Numbered from the whole stretch's first letter, positions 37,706 through 50,904 are shown. The stretch: 62,945 bases of DNA, filler included, from Octopus bimaculoides (GCF_001194135.2; 6 parts of 6 records of this genome joined end to end with filler, not necessarily neighbours in it), one strand, 5' to 3'. Notes: generated by a model not told the origin, from the letters alone. Made by a program: numbers and translations.

Positions 37706-38284
37706 CTTCACAGCATTTTTTTCTCTGCTTTACTACCGAAAAAAGGTATCGGGCGCAGAGCCTTCGGCAGGTTCCGACTGAGATCGGGGAGACTGGTGTC
37801 GCTAACGTTTCTCTTTAACAAATGCATGTCAACAACCACAGCAAAAAATAATTTTTTCCTTTAAATATTTCGACTAAAAAAAAATTTTGCCTCCCAACCC
37901 TCATGCATTTTCTCCTCCCCACGAAGTACAAATACCTAAAATGGCCTTTAGTTTCAGGTATACATACCTGCGGGATATACAATGAAACGACTATATGTGT
38001 ATAATTATATAATTATATAATATATATTCATATATCAAATGAATACGAGAAAATGCAAAAATATATTTGGATAACTCGAGTAAGCGAAATAAATATGAGA
38101 TGAAATGATTACACATACGTCTTCTTAATTGCTGAACAGCGTAACTTGTTTGAAGTTATTTATGCTACCATCGTAAGAAAGAAAACGTCTCATAAATAAA
38201 AAATATATATTTGAAAGTAATTGCATCACACTGCCATCCGTCCATGCCTTCACATATACATACGTATATATATGCACGATAACA

Positions 38285-39322
38285 TGAGGTGCATTCCAGA
38301 AGTTTTTGACGCATTTTTTTTGTTAGGAGAGACAGTAACTACTAAATTATTGTAATTTTAGTATACCGTAATCCCTCGACTACTCCGGGTGTTACGTTCC
38401 AAGACCACTGGCGATAGGTGAAAATCCGCAAAGTAGAAAGAGTAATGTATTGTGTATTTTTTAATTTTCATAATTTGTATATATTTATTTTGTTATAAAT
38501 GCAAAACAACACCACAGAGGAATCGACGGAAGCTTAGATAATAAACCACGATAGGCGAACCGTGATATGGCGAAGGATTACTATACAGTTACTATACATT
38601 TAATAAGCTGAGTTGCCAACTTCTTATTCCAGATTGAAGGGGACGACTGTACCAACACTTTGATCACACCCTACTAAATACTCCTTGCCACTGTTGACTT
38701 GTTTGCAAGAAGCAATCGAGACGTTTGGACGCTCGCTTTACAATAAAGTTTTGTGTTAAAGAGGCGCTTAAACGCTACAAAAACTTATGAAGTGCTCCAG
38801 ATTGGTCTGTTTTTCGCTGGCAGAAAATACCAGGCAAAAAAAGTCCACCAAAAGGCTAATAACGATCTCCTTTTCCAATAGCAACGGCAAGATCTACATT
38901 CACTGGATTTTCTCTAGCCTGTTGGTCGACAAAGAGTACTTTGTGGAGGTTTTGACAGAGTTCAGAAAGAGATTTCGTAGCAATACACCTGAGCACTTGC
39001 ACCAGAACAATTCCATCTTGACGGAGATAGGCATCAGAACTGTCCCACACCTTCCCTATAGTCCAAACTTTGCTCCTTGTGAATTTTGGTTTTTCCCAAA
39101 CTGAAGGGAAACTTCAGGAGCAGCCATTGTGAAGGTATTGAGAGGACGAAAGCGGCTGTGGTAAGAGTTCCTTTTGCCTTCACGAAATACGTTGGGCACC
39201 ACAACAGGTACATTGAAGCCAGAGGGTCTTACTTTGAAGGAGATTGGAATTTTATACTTCTTAGAAATGTCTCAAAAATTGAGACTTCTGAAAATGTCTC
39301 AAAACTTTTGGAATACACTTTG
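38285..39322 (+). mobile_element. Decayed mariner element with a nested MITE
   Basis: TIR-like GAGGTGCATTCCAGAAGTTTT / AAAACTTTTGGAATACACTTTG; transposase remnant VPHLPYSPNFAPCEFWFFPKLK. Confidence 0.8.
38366..38583. mobile_element. Tigger/pogo-type MITE
   Basis: Ends CCGTAATCCCTCG / CGAAGGATTACTA with TA on both sides. Confidence 0.7.
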
Positions 39323-39559
39323 TGTGTGCATGCATGCCCATATACAGACATTCATATATAAGTATGTATACCGACGTACACTTGTTTTATGTGTGTCTAC
39401 TTGATTTTCGTATTTGTGTGTATATGTGTATTTGTTTTTCTTCGTATGTATGTATATATGTACAGTCTGGAGCACTTCATAAGTTTCTGTAGGGTTTAAG
39501 CGCCTCTTTAACACAAGACTTTACAGCAAAGCGAGCGTCCAAACGTCTCAAAAGACATT

Positions 39560-39735
39560 TTAAGATCCACAAAGATCAGAACTTAACTGCAGCTCTGTGG
39601 TCCAAATCGGATATGCAATCAATGTGGTTCTCTTTTCAGAACATTGTCTGGTTTAAAAAGCCATATCAGACGCCATGATGGTTCTAAGGTGTAGGTAGAG
39701 GAGGTGGTCAAACGCTGTATAAGGAGTAGACAACC
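39560..39735 (+). mobile_element. LINE 3' end with terminal C2H2 finger (RTE-like)
   Basis: ICNQCGSLFRTLSGLKSHIRRH...* followed by a short UTR and microsatellite. Confidence 0.6.
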
Positions 39736-39744
39736 ACCATGTAT

Positions 39745-40340
39745 CTATACACGTGTTGTGCGCATGTGTATGCATGTACGTGTGTATATGTATGTGTGTG
39801 TATGTATGCGTGTATGTATGTGTGTGTGTATATGTATGTGTGCGTATGTATGTGTGTGTGAATGTACGTGTGTGTGCGCGTGTATGTATGTAAATATGCA
39901 TGTGTCTTGATGTATGTGTATGTATGTGTGTATGTATGTGTGCATGTATGTGTGTATGAATGTGTGTATGTATGTATATGTATGCATGTACGTGTGTGTA
40001 TGTATGTGTGTATGTATGTACGTGTGTGTATGTAAGTGTGTATGTATGTATATGTGTACGTATGCATGTGTGTGTGTATGAATGTATATATATGGATGGA
40101 TGTGTGTGTGTGTGCGCGCATGTATGTATGTATGTATGCATGTATGTGTATATGTATATGCGTATGTATGTGCGTATGTATGTGCCTGTATATACGGGTG
40201 TATTTATGTGCGTATGTATGTGTCTGTATATACGGGTGTATTTATTTATATGTGTATGTATGTATGTGTGTATGTATGTATGTACGTGTATATGTATGTA
40301 TGTATGTATGTATGTGTGTGTATGTGTGTATGCATGTCTA
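39745..40340. repeat. Compound (TG)/(TATG) microsatellite
   Basis: Direct reading. Confidence 0.95.
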
Positions 40341-40345
40341 TATAC

Positions 40346-40518
40346 CTGTATTTGGATATCTTCTGATAAAGGTCCCACAATAAATATACACTGTCCAGGA
40401 CAAGATGAATTCCTCTGACGTTGGTAATCCAGAACTGTTCCAGGAATCCGTTTTATTCCATAAGAAGATAATTGCCAATGAGTATTAAGAAGTCCGTGGC
40501 CGGATTTGGTTTTTATAG
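40346..40518 (-). CDS. THSD4/ADAMTSL4-like exon: ADAM-TS spacer (AIKTKSGHGLLNTHWQLSSYGIKRIPGTVLDYQR...IVGPLSEDIQIQ)
   Basis: TTTGCAG acceptor (phase 1), CAG|GTATAT donor (phase 0); spacer pattern G...N..W......GT...Y.R...GP..E. Confidence 0.88.
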
Positions 40519-40696
40519 CTGCAAATAGAATTATTAAAGATATTAGGATAATGATTATCATGGCGTTTAGAAAGAGACAATAATGAATAACGCAATACAG
40601 AGAAACGGATACCCGGTGGTAAATTATATTTTCTCTTTTATGTTTTTGTAAAATGCGTTTAAACGATGTTGTCACTGGTTCGCTAAAGATAATATA

Positions 40697-40900
40697 CGAA
40701 AGGGTGCTCAAAAGTTCCTGGTTTTAAGGGTTTCGCAAAAGGACTGGTTGGAGGTCCAACCTTCCGAGTTCTTTTAAACTGAAGGACTGCTGCAATAAGC
40801 GTGTGAATCTGAGAAGGGAATATGTTGAATAAAATCATAATTAATTTATCCTCCTGTATTTTGTTTTGGCCGAAACCAGGAACTTTTCGACACCCACTCG
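40697..40900. mobile_element. mariner-derived MITE
   Basis: TIRs CGAAAGGGTGCTCAAAAGTTCCTGGTTT / AAACCAGGAACTTTTCGACACCCACTCG, TA flanks. Confidence 0.8.
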
Positions 40901-41169
40901 TATATATATATATATATATATATATTAATAATAATAAAGGAGTTACGACGCAAAAACGTATATATTCAAATGAACATATTTATCTTCTTCAATATATATT
41001 TCAGTATAAAGAATTCATTAAGAGACTTAATAAAGCAAAATTTCTTTACACATCATTCAGGAATAAATATAACATCAGAAAAAATACATTCGGTTTAAAA
41101 ACACAAACCGTTCATGGCGAAAACATTCCACAATTACAAAAAACCGAACAAAATTTTTAAAGTTTTAGC

Positions 41170-41341
41170 AAAAGAACGCAATTACCTACATACAGGCATC
41201 CGTGTGTGCGCCCGTACATACACGCACACACATTCATGCGCGCACACACGTTCATGTGCGCACTCACGTTCATGCGCGCACACACGTGCACGCTCACATG
41301 CATATGTATGCATACACAAACAAGCAAAGTTCACAAGTCGT

Positions 41342-41383
<42 letters not shown>

Positions 41384-41595
41384 CCACACATATATATATA
41401 TAAATATAAAAATATGTTTAAAAAACCTCATTTTAAAATATATTATAAAATTATATATACATATACACACAAAAAAACCTATACACATACAAAACACCAT
41501 ATACACACACATACACACATACATACATATATACATATATATACATGTACATATACATATACATATGCACACACACATATACATACACACATATA

Positions 41596-41635
<40 letters not shown>

Positions 41636-41746
41636 TACACACACATACACACACATATATATATACACACATATACATACATATGTATACACATACATAT
41701 ATACACACATACAAAACATTACACACACACATACACNNNNNNNNNN

Positions 41747-41805
<59 letters not shown>

Positions 41806-41990
41806 TACATATAGGTATATATATATATACATATACGTGCATACACACATACATATACATACACATACCCATATACATATATACGCACATACACACATAC
41901 ATACACATATATACACACATTTTTCCACGTATACCCATGCATATGTATATACACTTGCACATGTATATGAACGGATGTACGAATAAATAA
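41170..41990. repeat. Compound (CA)/(TA) microsatellite
   Basis: Direct reading. Confidence 0.95.
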
Positions 41991-43123
41991 ATAGAGCAAT
42001 AGCAGAACTAAAAATACTAAAACCCAGACCTTAATACCCGATCATAACAAAGTTCAGTTATAGGAGAAAATAAACAATGAAATTATCTAAACTAAAAATA
42101 AGTATGTTTGCGAACGTGAACACATCTGAACCCATTATATGTTAGTTTATTAATTAGTTTATGCTTTGAAAATAGAATAAAAAACAACTCAAGATTGCAC
42201 AAGTTGCAATACCTCCTACCCTTATCGTATGGGAAATCTCTCCCAATAATAGACCATTCTAACGAAAAGTTCTTATTTTGTTCTTTTAACCCCCAAACAA
42301 ACCTACTAAGACTAGTACTAGCTATTTTACTCCTATCTCTAAACGTATTAAAGTGACAAGAAATTCTCCTACAANNNNNNNNNNNNNNNNNNNNNNNNNN
42401 NNNNNNNNNNNNNNNNNNNNNNNNNNNNNNNNNNNNNNNNNNNNNNNNNNNNNNNNNNNNNNNNNNNNNNNNNNNNNNNNNNNNNNNNNNNNNNNNNNNN
42501 NNNNNNNNNNNNNNNNNNNNNNNNNNNNNNNNNNNNNNNNNNNNNNNNNNNNNNNNNNNNNNNNNNNNNNNNNNNNNNNNNNNNNNNNNNNNNNNNNNNN
42601 NNNNNNNNNNNNNNNNNNNNNNNNNNNNNNNNNNNNNNNNNNNNNNNNNNNNNNNNNNNNNNNNNNNNNNNNNNNNNNNNNNNNNNNNNNNNNNNNNNNN
42701 NNNNNNNNNNNNNNNNNNNNNNNNNNNNNNNNNNNNNNNNNNNNNNNNNNNNNNNNNNNNNNNNNNNNNNNNNNNNNNNNNNNNNNNNNNNNNNNNNNNN
42801 NNNNNNNNNNNNNNNNNNNNNNNNNNNNNNNNNNNNNNNNNNNNNNNNNNNNNNNNNNNNNNNNNNNNNNNNNNNNNNNNNNNNNNNNNNNNNNNNNNNN
42901 NNNNNNNNNNNNNNNNNNNNNNNNNNNNNNNNNNNNNNNNNNNNNNNNNNNNNNNNNNNNNNNNNNNNNNNNNNNNNNNNNNNNNNNNNNNNNNNNNNNN
43001 NNNNNNNNNNNNNNNNNNNNNNNNNNNNNNNNNNNNNNNNNNNNNNNNNNNNNNNNNNNNNNNNNNNNNNNNNNNNNNNNNNNNNNNNNNNNNNNNNNNN
43101 NNNNNNNNNNNNNNNNNNNNNNN

Positions 43124-43155
<32 letters not shown>

Positions 43156-43499
43156 TTTAAATAATTTGGGAAAAACGAATTTCCAAATCAATCAGGTACA
43201 ATCCTTTAGCATTCCATGCATCTGCATATCTTACAGTGGGGTCTTGCTTATCATGTATTTATATATTTATCTAGAAATATACAAAATATATAATAGAAAA
43301 CAATAATAATTCAGTTTTTGGGATTAATAGATATATGGGTATTCTATTTCAGATAATGCAAAAAATAACCTAATGAGCATATCTGAAGGTAAACTCGTTT
43401 GAAGGTAAACTAATTGTTTTTAGAGACCAATGTGGTCGCGGCCTGACATAGAAATCCTCCAGGCTCTCCCATCCTGTGAACCAGCGGATCATTGACAAT

Positions 43500-43678
43500 A
43501 TGGCGTCTGGAAAGAAATGGAGACGCACCTGTACCCGGTTGGTGCTCATTTATAGCTGAGTGGACTGGGAGAACGTGAAACGAAGTGCCTTGCTCAAGGG
43601 CACAACGCGATGCCCAATCCAGAAATTGAACTTACGACCTTGTGATCGTTACTCGAACACCGTAATGATTAAGACACT
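43500..43678 (-). mobile_element. tRNA-derived SINE (family 3-related)
   Basis: GTGCCTTGCTCAAGGGCACAAC on the plus strand; tRNA-like head on the minus strand near 43630-43678. Confidence 0.6.
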
Positions 43679-43696
43679 AATTATATTATTTATTGT

Positions 43697-44010
43697 AGGT
43701 GAGTGGCTTGGTGATTAGGGTATTCGGTTCACTATCGTTAGGGTGTGAGTTCGATGCCCGGTGGTGCGTTGTGTCCTTGAGCAAGACACTTTGTTTTGTG
43801 TTGCTCCAGTCTGCTCAGCTGGTAAAAATGAGTTGTACCTGTAATTCAAAGGGCCGCCCTTGTTACATTCTGTGTCACACGGAATCTCCTCGAGAACAAC
43901 GTGAAGGGTACACGTATCTGTAGAGTGATCAACCGCTTTCACATCAATTTCACGGGCAGGCTATTTCGTTGATCGAATCAACTGGAACCCTCGCCGTCGT
44001 AACCGACGGA
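43697..44010 (+). mobile_element. tRNA-derived SINE family 3a
   Basis: A box TGGCTTGGTGA, B box GAGTTCGATGCC, TTGTGTCCTTGAGCAAGACACTT domain, 3' half shared with 46935-47310. Confidence 0.75.
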
Positions 44011-46680
44011 GGGCCAGTTTAATATAGAGGGCCAGTTTAATATACTGTTAAATACTAAATACATCACTAAACACTAACAGTTCCTCCAGCCTCTCAATTT
44101 CCGGAATGACACTCCGTTTCATCAATCCTGATAAAATGACAAGAAAAGTTGACCTAGGTGGGATCTGAACTCGGAGCATTGAGATTCGGGACACATGTCG
44201 GCAAAGCATTTTGTTCTACGCTCTAATGATTCTACAAATTAGTTATTTAATTGCAAACACCCGAGAGGCAGAAACGAATCGGTAGATGAACCTAACACCA
44301 GCTTGAAGTAAACGTCGATGCTGATGGGTTTGCGGTTGGTTTGGAAGGTCATCGCCCGTTCGTGGTTGCTGGGTGAAAGAGTTGAAATAATTAAATAATT
44401 ATTCAAAACTACAGATAACAAAGCGCCTGCAGCAGATAATGAATGTAAGATTTTGGAATTGGTAACCCAAAACCATATCGGCTTAGTGTAATTACGTGTC
44501 TGCAAAGTAATAAATATAATGTTCTTAATCATTTTTATTTCTACATTTGAAGACTTATTCAAAGGCGGCTCCATTCAATTTGACTTTACCAAAAAGTATA
44601 AAAGACAAAATCAAAACAGAATCTCTGAACTAACAAAAACAAAAACCACAAAGATAGGCGATTCATTTCTAAGCAAAAGATCTTAGTGAAACAATGAAGT
44701 CCTTTAATAAAAATATTTCTTAATTAAGATGTTATCAGAGTTCCAGAAATGTTCAAAGAATTACAGTGACTTTGTAGGCAATGCTATTTTCTCATTAATT
44801 CAAGCTAGATTTACTTTTACCCTTTAACAAATTAGTTTTCTTTCAGTGTTTATATATATATATATTTTTTTTTATAGGTTTTCTTTTGATTTTCCCAGTG
44901 TTCAAGAAATAATAATGTTTATTTAATGGCAGCTTCCAAATTTGGGATTGGAATAGTTTTATGTGGATCCCACCCTCATCCCGACACCTAAAACATAAGT
45001 TTTAGAATGTAATAAACATCATCGGAATAGAAAGTGTTCTAGACATTACATTTATTCATTTACTTAGCGACGTCGTAATTTAGAAAACAAAGTATCTGGT
45101 AATTAAAATGTACATTAATCATTTAAGAACCTTTAAATAATGAATCACGAAGCAAAAGAGTCCACATCAAATCTAATGATCAAATGAATCACTGAACTGA
45201 ATAAATCTACTGAGTGACTCCGTTGATGAAACGTTGTCACTAGTTCTCTGGTAGCTTCTCCCATTTCTGACAACTGTATTTGATATCACAGAAGACGAAT
45301 TTTTTCCCAAAGTAAAATAATATCTAAAAGAAATCAATCGCCCAGGGTTCTATAGGCAACGTTGGCCCTCCTACCCCATGGGCTTTAATGCACTAAAAAC
45401 TCTATTTTTTTTTTTCGGAATATGTGCTGTTGAAATTAAGGTGCATTTAATATACGTCTTTTGTGTCACCAAATACGGTAACTTTTTAACGAACATATGA
45501 AGACTTGAACCCCGCTCGGAGTGCTAACAAGGGCAGTCATGGATTATATTGTCCTCCCCTACCACCCCACGAGCAAGAGATTGGTAGAATCGATAAAGGA
45601 TGGGAAGAAAATTGTTTTCTTCTATTCTGAGTTCCAATCCTATAACGATCAAATTTGCCTTTCATCATTTCAGGGTCGATGAAATAAAAGTAAAGTACCA
45701 GTCAAATACTGAGGCCTATAGAATCGACTAAATTCTTCTAAAAGAATGGTTTTGTATTGAAGAAGGCAAAGAAAAGGGAAAGCTCCCGACTATGCTGTTT
45801 TATATATATATATATATATATNNNNNNNNNNNNNNNNNNNNNNNNNNNNNNNNNNNNNNNNNNNNTTAATTAATTAANNNNNNNNNNNNNNNNNNNNNNN
45901 NNNNNNNNNNNNNNNNNNNNNGTGTGTGTGTGTACATTATACGTGCATGCGTGCGTGTGTGTGTTTGTGTGTGTATGTGTGTGTGTGGGTGTGTGTGTAA
46001 TACGATGTGGTATGAGAAGGACAAGGAAAGGGAAGGCAAAGAAAGCGAAAGAAACAGAGAATAAGGAAAAAAAGAAGAAAAGAGTGTTTATTCCAAAGAC
46101 AAAATTAGATTCTTGTTTTGAATTCTTTCTTCCTTGTCTTGTTTAAATCCTCACCTGCAGGTGATAGAAAACAAAAGTTAGTGAATAACTTGCCAGCCTA
46201 TCGGCCAATTTACACTTGAACTCCACCAAAGTACATCCAATTTCCTCCTTCATCTATTCCAATATTTCTGTATATCATTGTTGAGATTGGTGTTACTATT
46301 GGCTAATTATTAGTTAGAATGGTGGTTCGACACAATTAGGAGAAGACAGCAGACAAAAGGATGTTCGAGATTTTGTTACTTTGCGAACCTTTGCGTTCTG
46401 AGATCAAATTCCTTTGATGCCAAATTTGGCTTTCATCTTTCCGGGGGCGGTGGGGGGCAATAAAATAAAGTATTAGTCAAGTGTTAGATTTAATCTATCG
46501 CCTGGTTTAAAATTATTAGACTGGTTGATCAGCAGAAATAGTAGACAAAAGGATACCTGAGATTTTGTTACCTTACGTACTTTTACGTTCTGAGATCAAA
46601 TCTCATCGACGTCTTCTTTGCCTTTCATCCTTCTGGAGGTTAATAAAATAAAGTAGCAATCAAATGCTAGACTTGACTTA

Positions 46681-46863
46681 CCGTATTTATTCGCATATAA
46701 GTTTCACTATTTTATATCTAATTTTAATAGAAAGAACTGGGATACGACTTACACACAGGACTAAACTAAAACTATGAACAGAAAAAACTTTGCACCAAGG
46801 TTTTGACACTAAATTACAGGTGCAACTTATACACAAGTGCGACTTATACACGCGTAAGTGTCG
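46681..46863. mobile_element. Tc2/pogo-type MITE
   Basis: TA then CCGTATTTATTCGCATATAAG left end; decayed GACTTATACACGCGTAAGTG right end. Confidence 0.6.
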
Positions 46864-46934
46864 TTATTCGTTGTCCGGTTTAATACCACCACTTGGTCCT
46901 TGTGTACTTTTAGCGGATCTTACGCTGTTATAGT

Positions 46935-47310
46935 GGAGGCGCAATGGCCCAGTAGTTAGGGTAGCAGACTCGCGGTCATAGGATCGCGGTTTCAATTCCC
47001 AAACCGGGCGTTGTGAGTGTTTATTGAGCGAAAACACCAAAAGCTCCACGAGGCTCCGGCAGGGATTGGTGGCCAACCCTGCTGTACTCTTTCACCACAA
47101 CTTTATCTCACTCTTACTTCCTGTTTCTGTTGTGCCTGTAATTCAAAGGGCCATCCTTGACACTCTGTGTCACACTGAATATCCCCGAGAACTATGTTAA
47201 GGGTACACGTGTGTGTGGAGTGCTCAGCCACTTGCACGTTAATTTCACGAGCAGGCTGTTCCGTTGATCGGATCAACTGGAACCCTCGTCGTCGTAAGCG
47301 ACGGAGTGAC
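46935..47310 (+). mobile_element. tRNA-derived SINE family 3b
   Basis: GGAGGCGCAATGGCCCAGTAGTTAGG (A box) and GGTTTCAATTCCC (B box); 3' half matches 43838-44010. Confidence 0.75.
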
Positions 47311-47569
47311 AACACGCTGTTATAAGCATTCGGGCCAGGTCTCCGGTTGATTTGGTGGGCTGCTTCCTCCCTTCAATCTGAAACCCCTTGAAAATATAAC
47401 TGGTCAAAAATACTTTCTCCTCTGACTAAAAGGTAAGAAGAAAGTATTACAGTCAAATAAATCAATTAAGTACTCAACCAAAATTTCTTGCCTTGTATTT
47501 AAATTAGACGTCATATTGTAATTGAGGATGGTGTTATTGTTAAGGTTGGTGATATATTTTTCTATTATA

Positions 47570-47768
47570 AGCACATGGCACGAAGCTTTGGGGGAAGAGA
47601 CTAGTCGATTACATCGACGCCAGAATTTCACTGGTACTTAATTTATCGACCCCCAAGTATAAAAAGCAAAATTGACCTCGGCGGAATTTGAACTCAGAAC
47701 GCAGCGACGGGCGAAATACTGGTAAGCATTTCGTCCAGCGTGCTAACGACTCTGCCAGCTCCCCGTCT
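47570..47768 (-). mobile_element. SINE family 2
   Basis: Head at 47768 on the minus strand with B box and central domain. Confidence 0.8.
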
Positions 47769-47820
47769 TAAGGCTGGTGATAAGGCATAACTGTTAGAAC
47801 GTCGATATTAGTTATGGATC

Positions 47821-48092
47821 AAGGCGGTGAGCTGGCAGAAACGTTAGCATCCTTTCGGGTCGATTAAATAAGTACCAGTTACGCACTGAGGTCGATATAA
47901 TCGGCTTAATCTGTTTGTCTGTCATTGTTTGTCCCCTCTGTGTGCAGCCCCTTGTGGGCAATAAAGAATTAAGAAACGTTAGCACGCCGGGCGAAATGCT
48001 TAGCGGTATTTCGTCTGTCTTTATGTTCTGAGTCCAAATTCCGCTGAGGTCGACTTTGCCTTTCGTCCTTTCGGGGCCGATAAATTAAGTAC
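47821..48092 (+). mobile_element. Rearranged SINE family 2
   Basis: Head AAGGCGGTGAGCTGGCAGAAACGTTAGCA, a jump to the 3' domain, then a second GAAACGTTAGCACGCC body. Confidence 0.75.
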
Positions 48093-50768
48093 TTTCCTCT
48101 GTGAATTTTCAGATGCTAAGGAGTACTTTTACTCACCAATACTGACGTTGGAACTCTAAAGGGCTTCAACTCAGAATAAAAATCGCGTATCAGAATCGCT
48201 CAAATGTTAAAACCACATAACATTATCACGGCCGAGCGAAACTGGATCTCAGGTTATTAACAAGATTCACTCCTTAATCTCTGGTGATCAGAACACACGA
48301 TATTGATGTATATGATAGTTATAAGGCCACGCATTTGTAGAATAGAAATTCGGTCGTTTCAGTCAGTTCTAACACTTATTCTAGCTACTCCAAATGGATG
48401 GACGGCAAAATCAAACCCAGTGTAATTTGAACACACTGTAAAGAGACATAACTAGCTCCACTCATTCTATCATTCACTGCCTGAAGGGGAGCAGCTGACG
48501 TAAAAAGAGACAGCAACAACAGCAGGTCCATTAGATGAAAATTATGGGGAGAACATAAAGGTCCATACTTAAATACTGTATTGCAGTATTTAATACACTC
48601 AATCTATAATAACTACGACTTTTAACATAGACACAAGGCTACAAATTTCGATCGGAAGGTATATTCGACTAAATCTATCTCAGTACTTGATTATTACTTT
48701 ATTTTATCGACTCTGAAATGATAAAAGTTCAAAATAACCTCGGTGGGATTTGAACTTCGAATATACAAGCATATAACTAAGTACAGTCAAGCATTTTCCC
48801 CCTACTCTTTGATAATTTTGCCATTTGTAGTCAAATGTAAAAACCAGACTGGATTAGTTTATGCGCAACTCCATTGTCTCCCGAAACAAAAGGCTGCCAA
48901 CAACAACTGGGTTAAAAAAAACGTGAGCCCTCATCTTCAGTTAACATGATAGACGTTCTGCCATCGTACCAAAGCAATCCTTTGAATCTTACATCTATTT
49001 CTGGAGTCTTTTTCTTAGCAGCGAGAACTGTATGCTTATTAGGTCATAAGAATGTAGAAACTTTATTATGTATTTTAAATCCCTTTAAAATTTGTTTGTT
49101 TTTTTTTCAAAAGCAAAACCTACAGTTGTATATATATTTAATGTTGTTTTTTAATTTGTTTTTGCATTGATTTGTTTTATATTTCAAGAGCCCTTTACGT
49201 GGCGACAATGACAAAGTTGACAAAAATATGTAATATTTATTTGGTATTGATTTTATTAGTTATCAGATGTTTAAAAAATGACAATTAAAAAATTTTTATT
49301 TTCACCTTGAAAAATTCCTATGCTCATATATTTTGTGTGTGTGTGTGTGTGTGTTTGTGTGTGTTCGCGCGCACAAGCGTACAACTTAGAATGGGTGAAT
49401 GCAAGGTTTCTTCTATCTAAAGTATTCTTGGTATCATCTGATTCCATATTTGTATATCTAATACTACATTGTTTAATATGTCCTTCCGTTTTCAAGACGA
49501 TAGATTGTGAATTGAGGGATATATGGCTGTTATTTCTAGCAGGTGCAGTAACTACATAGAAGCTTCCTAGATTGGCTCGCTCTACTCTACTCTTTTGCCT
49601 CTCTGTAGCATTTACACAGTCTCTTTCATTGACATTTCTTCTGCAGTAATCTTTATTTAATTTTGTCTTTATTTTTGTTTTTGATCGCTATTAGACGAAA
49701 TTTCTCTTTTGTCTTTGTGCTGCTATCACTGTTTGTTCTGTCTCATTTACTCTCGATAATTGAAAGCAATCAACTGCTACTCCTTTAAACTTGGATAATC
49801 TCAAGCTAACCTGTAACTTTCCATTGATATAATAATTTCGGCTCTAATCACATTTTCCATAACATTCACCTTGATGAGTTCCTCGTACTATTTGATTTTT
49901 TTTATAAAAGCCAACCCCATTATAAGGCGGATCCCAGATGACGCGTCCAACAGTTTGCCTTCAAAGACATAAGGGAAAAAAATTGAAACGAACTGCTTTC
50001 TCTACGTTTTATTTGCCTGTTGGTTGCATTTTTATGATTTTTTCAAATCTAGAGCTCAAACGAACGAAACGTGTCTCATCTCCTATTTAAGCGATTCATC
50101 CCCCATGCATTTAAAAGGCTACAAGTTTTATGGCTCATCTGTTAGGACAGAGCTATGCGAATTATTTTGAGAGAAAAGTCGCTTTATGCTATATTTCTTT
50201 CTTTTTTCTCTCTCTCTCTCTAATATCTTTCAGAGTCTTTAAAGGAATATTTGATCGCTGATTTTCTCCAGGTTGATATTCAATTTGTGACTGCTTTTCG
50301 ATATTTGCATGAAATAGTGCCCGCTTGTTAAATTTTTCTAGAAATTCTAAAGAAGGTGATTACTTAGATAGCAAAATAATTACGTTGGACTTAGACTCAT
50401 TGCCAGTTATACTCATAGCTTACTGATTACGTAATGTCCTACTCATATTTTAATCCTGGTGAAGATTTCTTTGAAATTGTGTTTAAAATATTAGTACTGT
50501 CCGGTATTAAATATTTTATTTTTCAGAAAAATCTTTACCCCTCTATACACCCAATACCTCGCTAGACAATTTAGAAACTGTGTAAGCCATAATTAAAGGT
50601 AAAGTATTCATTAATACATGGTACAAAGTTTATTCAGATGATGGCACGTTCAAGACTACTCGTGTTTCTTTCTGGCTTCGAAATCCTCAGAGTACCAAAG
50701 AAACATGTTGAGTTTTGCAAATGTTATCATTTACAGTTCTATATATTTAAGAGATGAGGAATTATGTA

Positions 50769-50882
50769 CATTATTTACATTATTTACATTTGACAGATAT
50801 TTGTCCTCATCTTGTTTGTTGTTAACACAACGTTTCGACTGCTATACCCTCCAGCCTTCAAATGTAAATAATGTAAATAATG
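50769..50882. repeat. Perfect 25-bp inverted repeat around a 64-bp core (Penelope-LTR-like remnant)
   Basis: CATTATTTACATTATTTACATTTGA (50769-50793) is the exact reverse complement of 50858-50882. Confidence 0.85.
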
Positions 50883-50904
50883 TTATCATCTAAATAAACA
50901 AATA

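Noticed and set aside
39653-41999. Long His/Thr/Ile/Tyr or Cys/Val/Met ORFs (also at 31848-32865 and 51032-52698)
   Set aside because: Translations of microsatellites; only the 40346-40518 portion is a real exon.
42322-43306. Long ORFs across N runs (also 22488-23182 in part and 59474-60862)
   Set aside because: Artefacts of translating gaps.
45190-45328. Open minus-strand stretch after a TTTTAG acceptor (YYFTLGKNSSSV...)
   Set aside because: No convincing donor and no ADAMTSL motif; cannot be tied to the THSD4-like gene.
26844-48830. Recurrent GTCGAC/ATCGAC motifs resembling a repeat-spacer array
   Set aside because: They are internal parts of dispersed SINE family 2 copies, irregularly spaced and on both strands; not CRISPR.
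50636-50710. Possible small plus-strand exon (DGTFKTTRVSFWLRNPQ) as an upstream XPO6 exon
   Set aside because: No XPO6 similarity recognised, weak donor, and separated from XPO6 by an artificial spacer.
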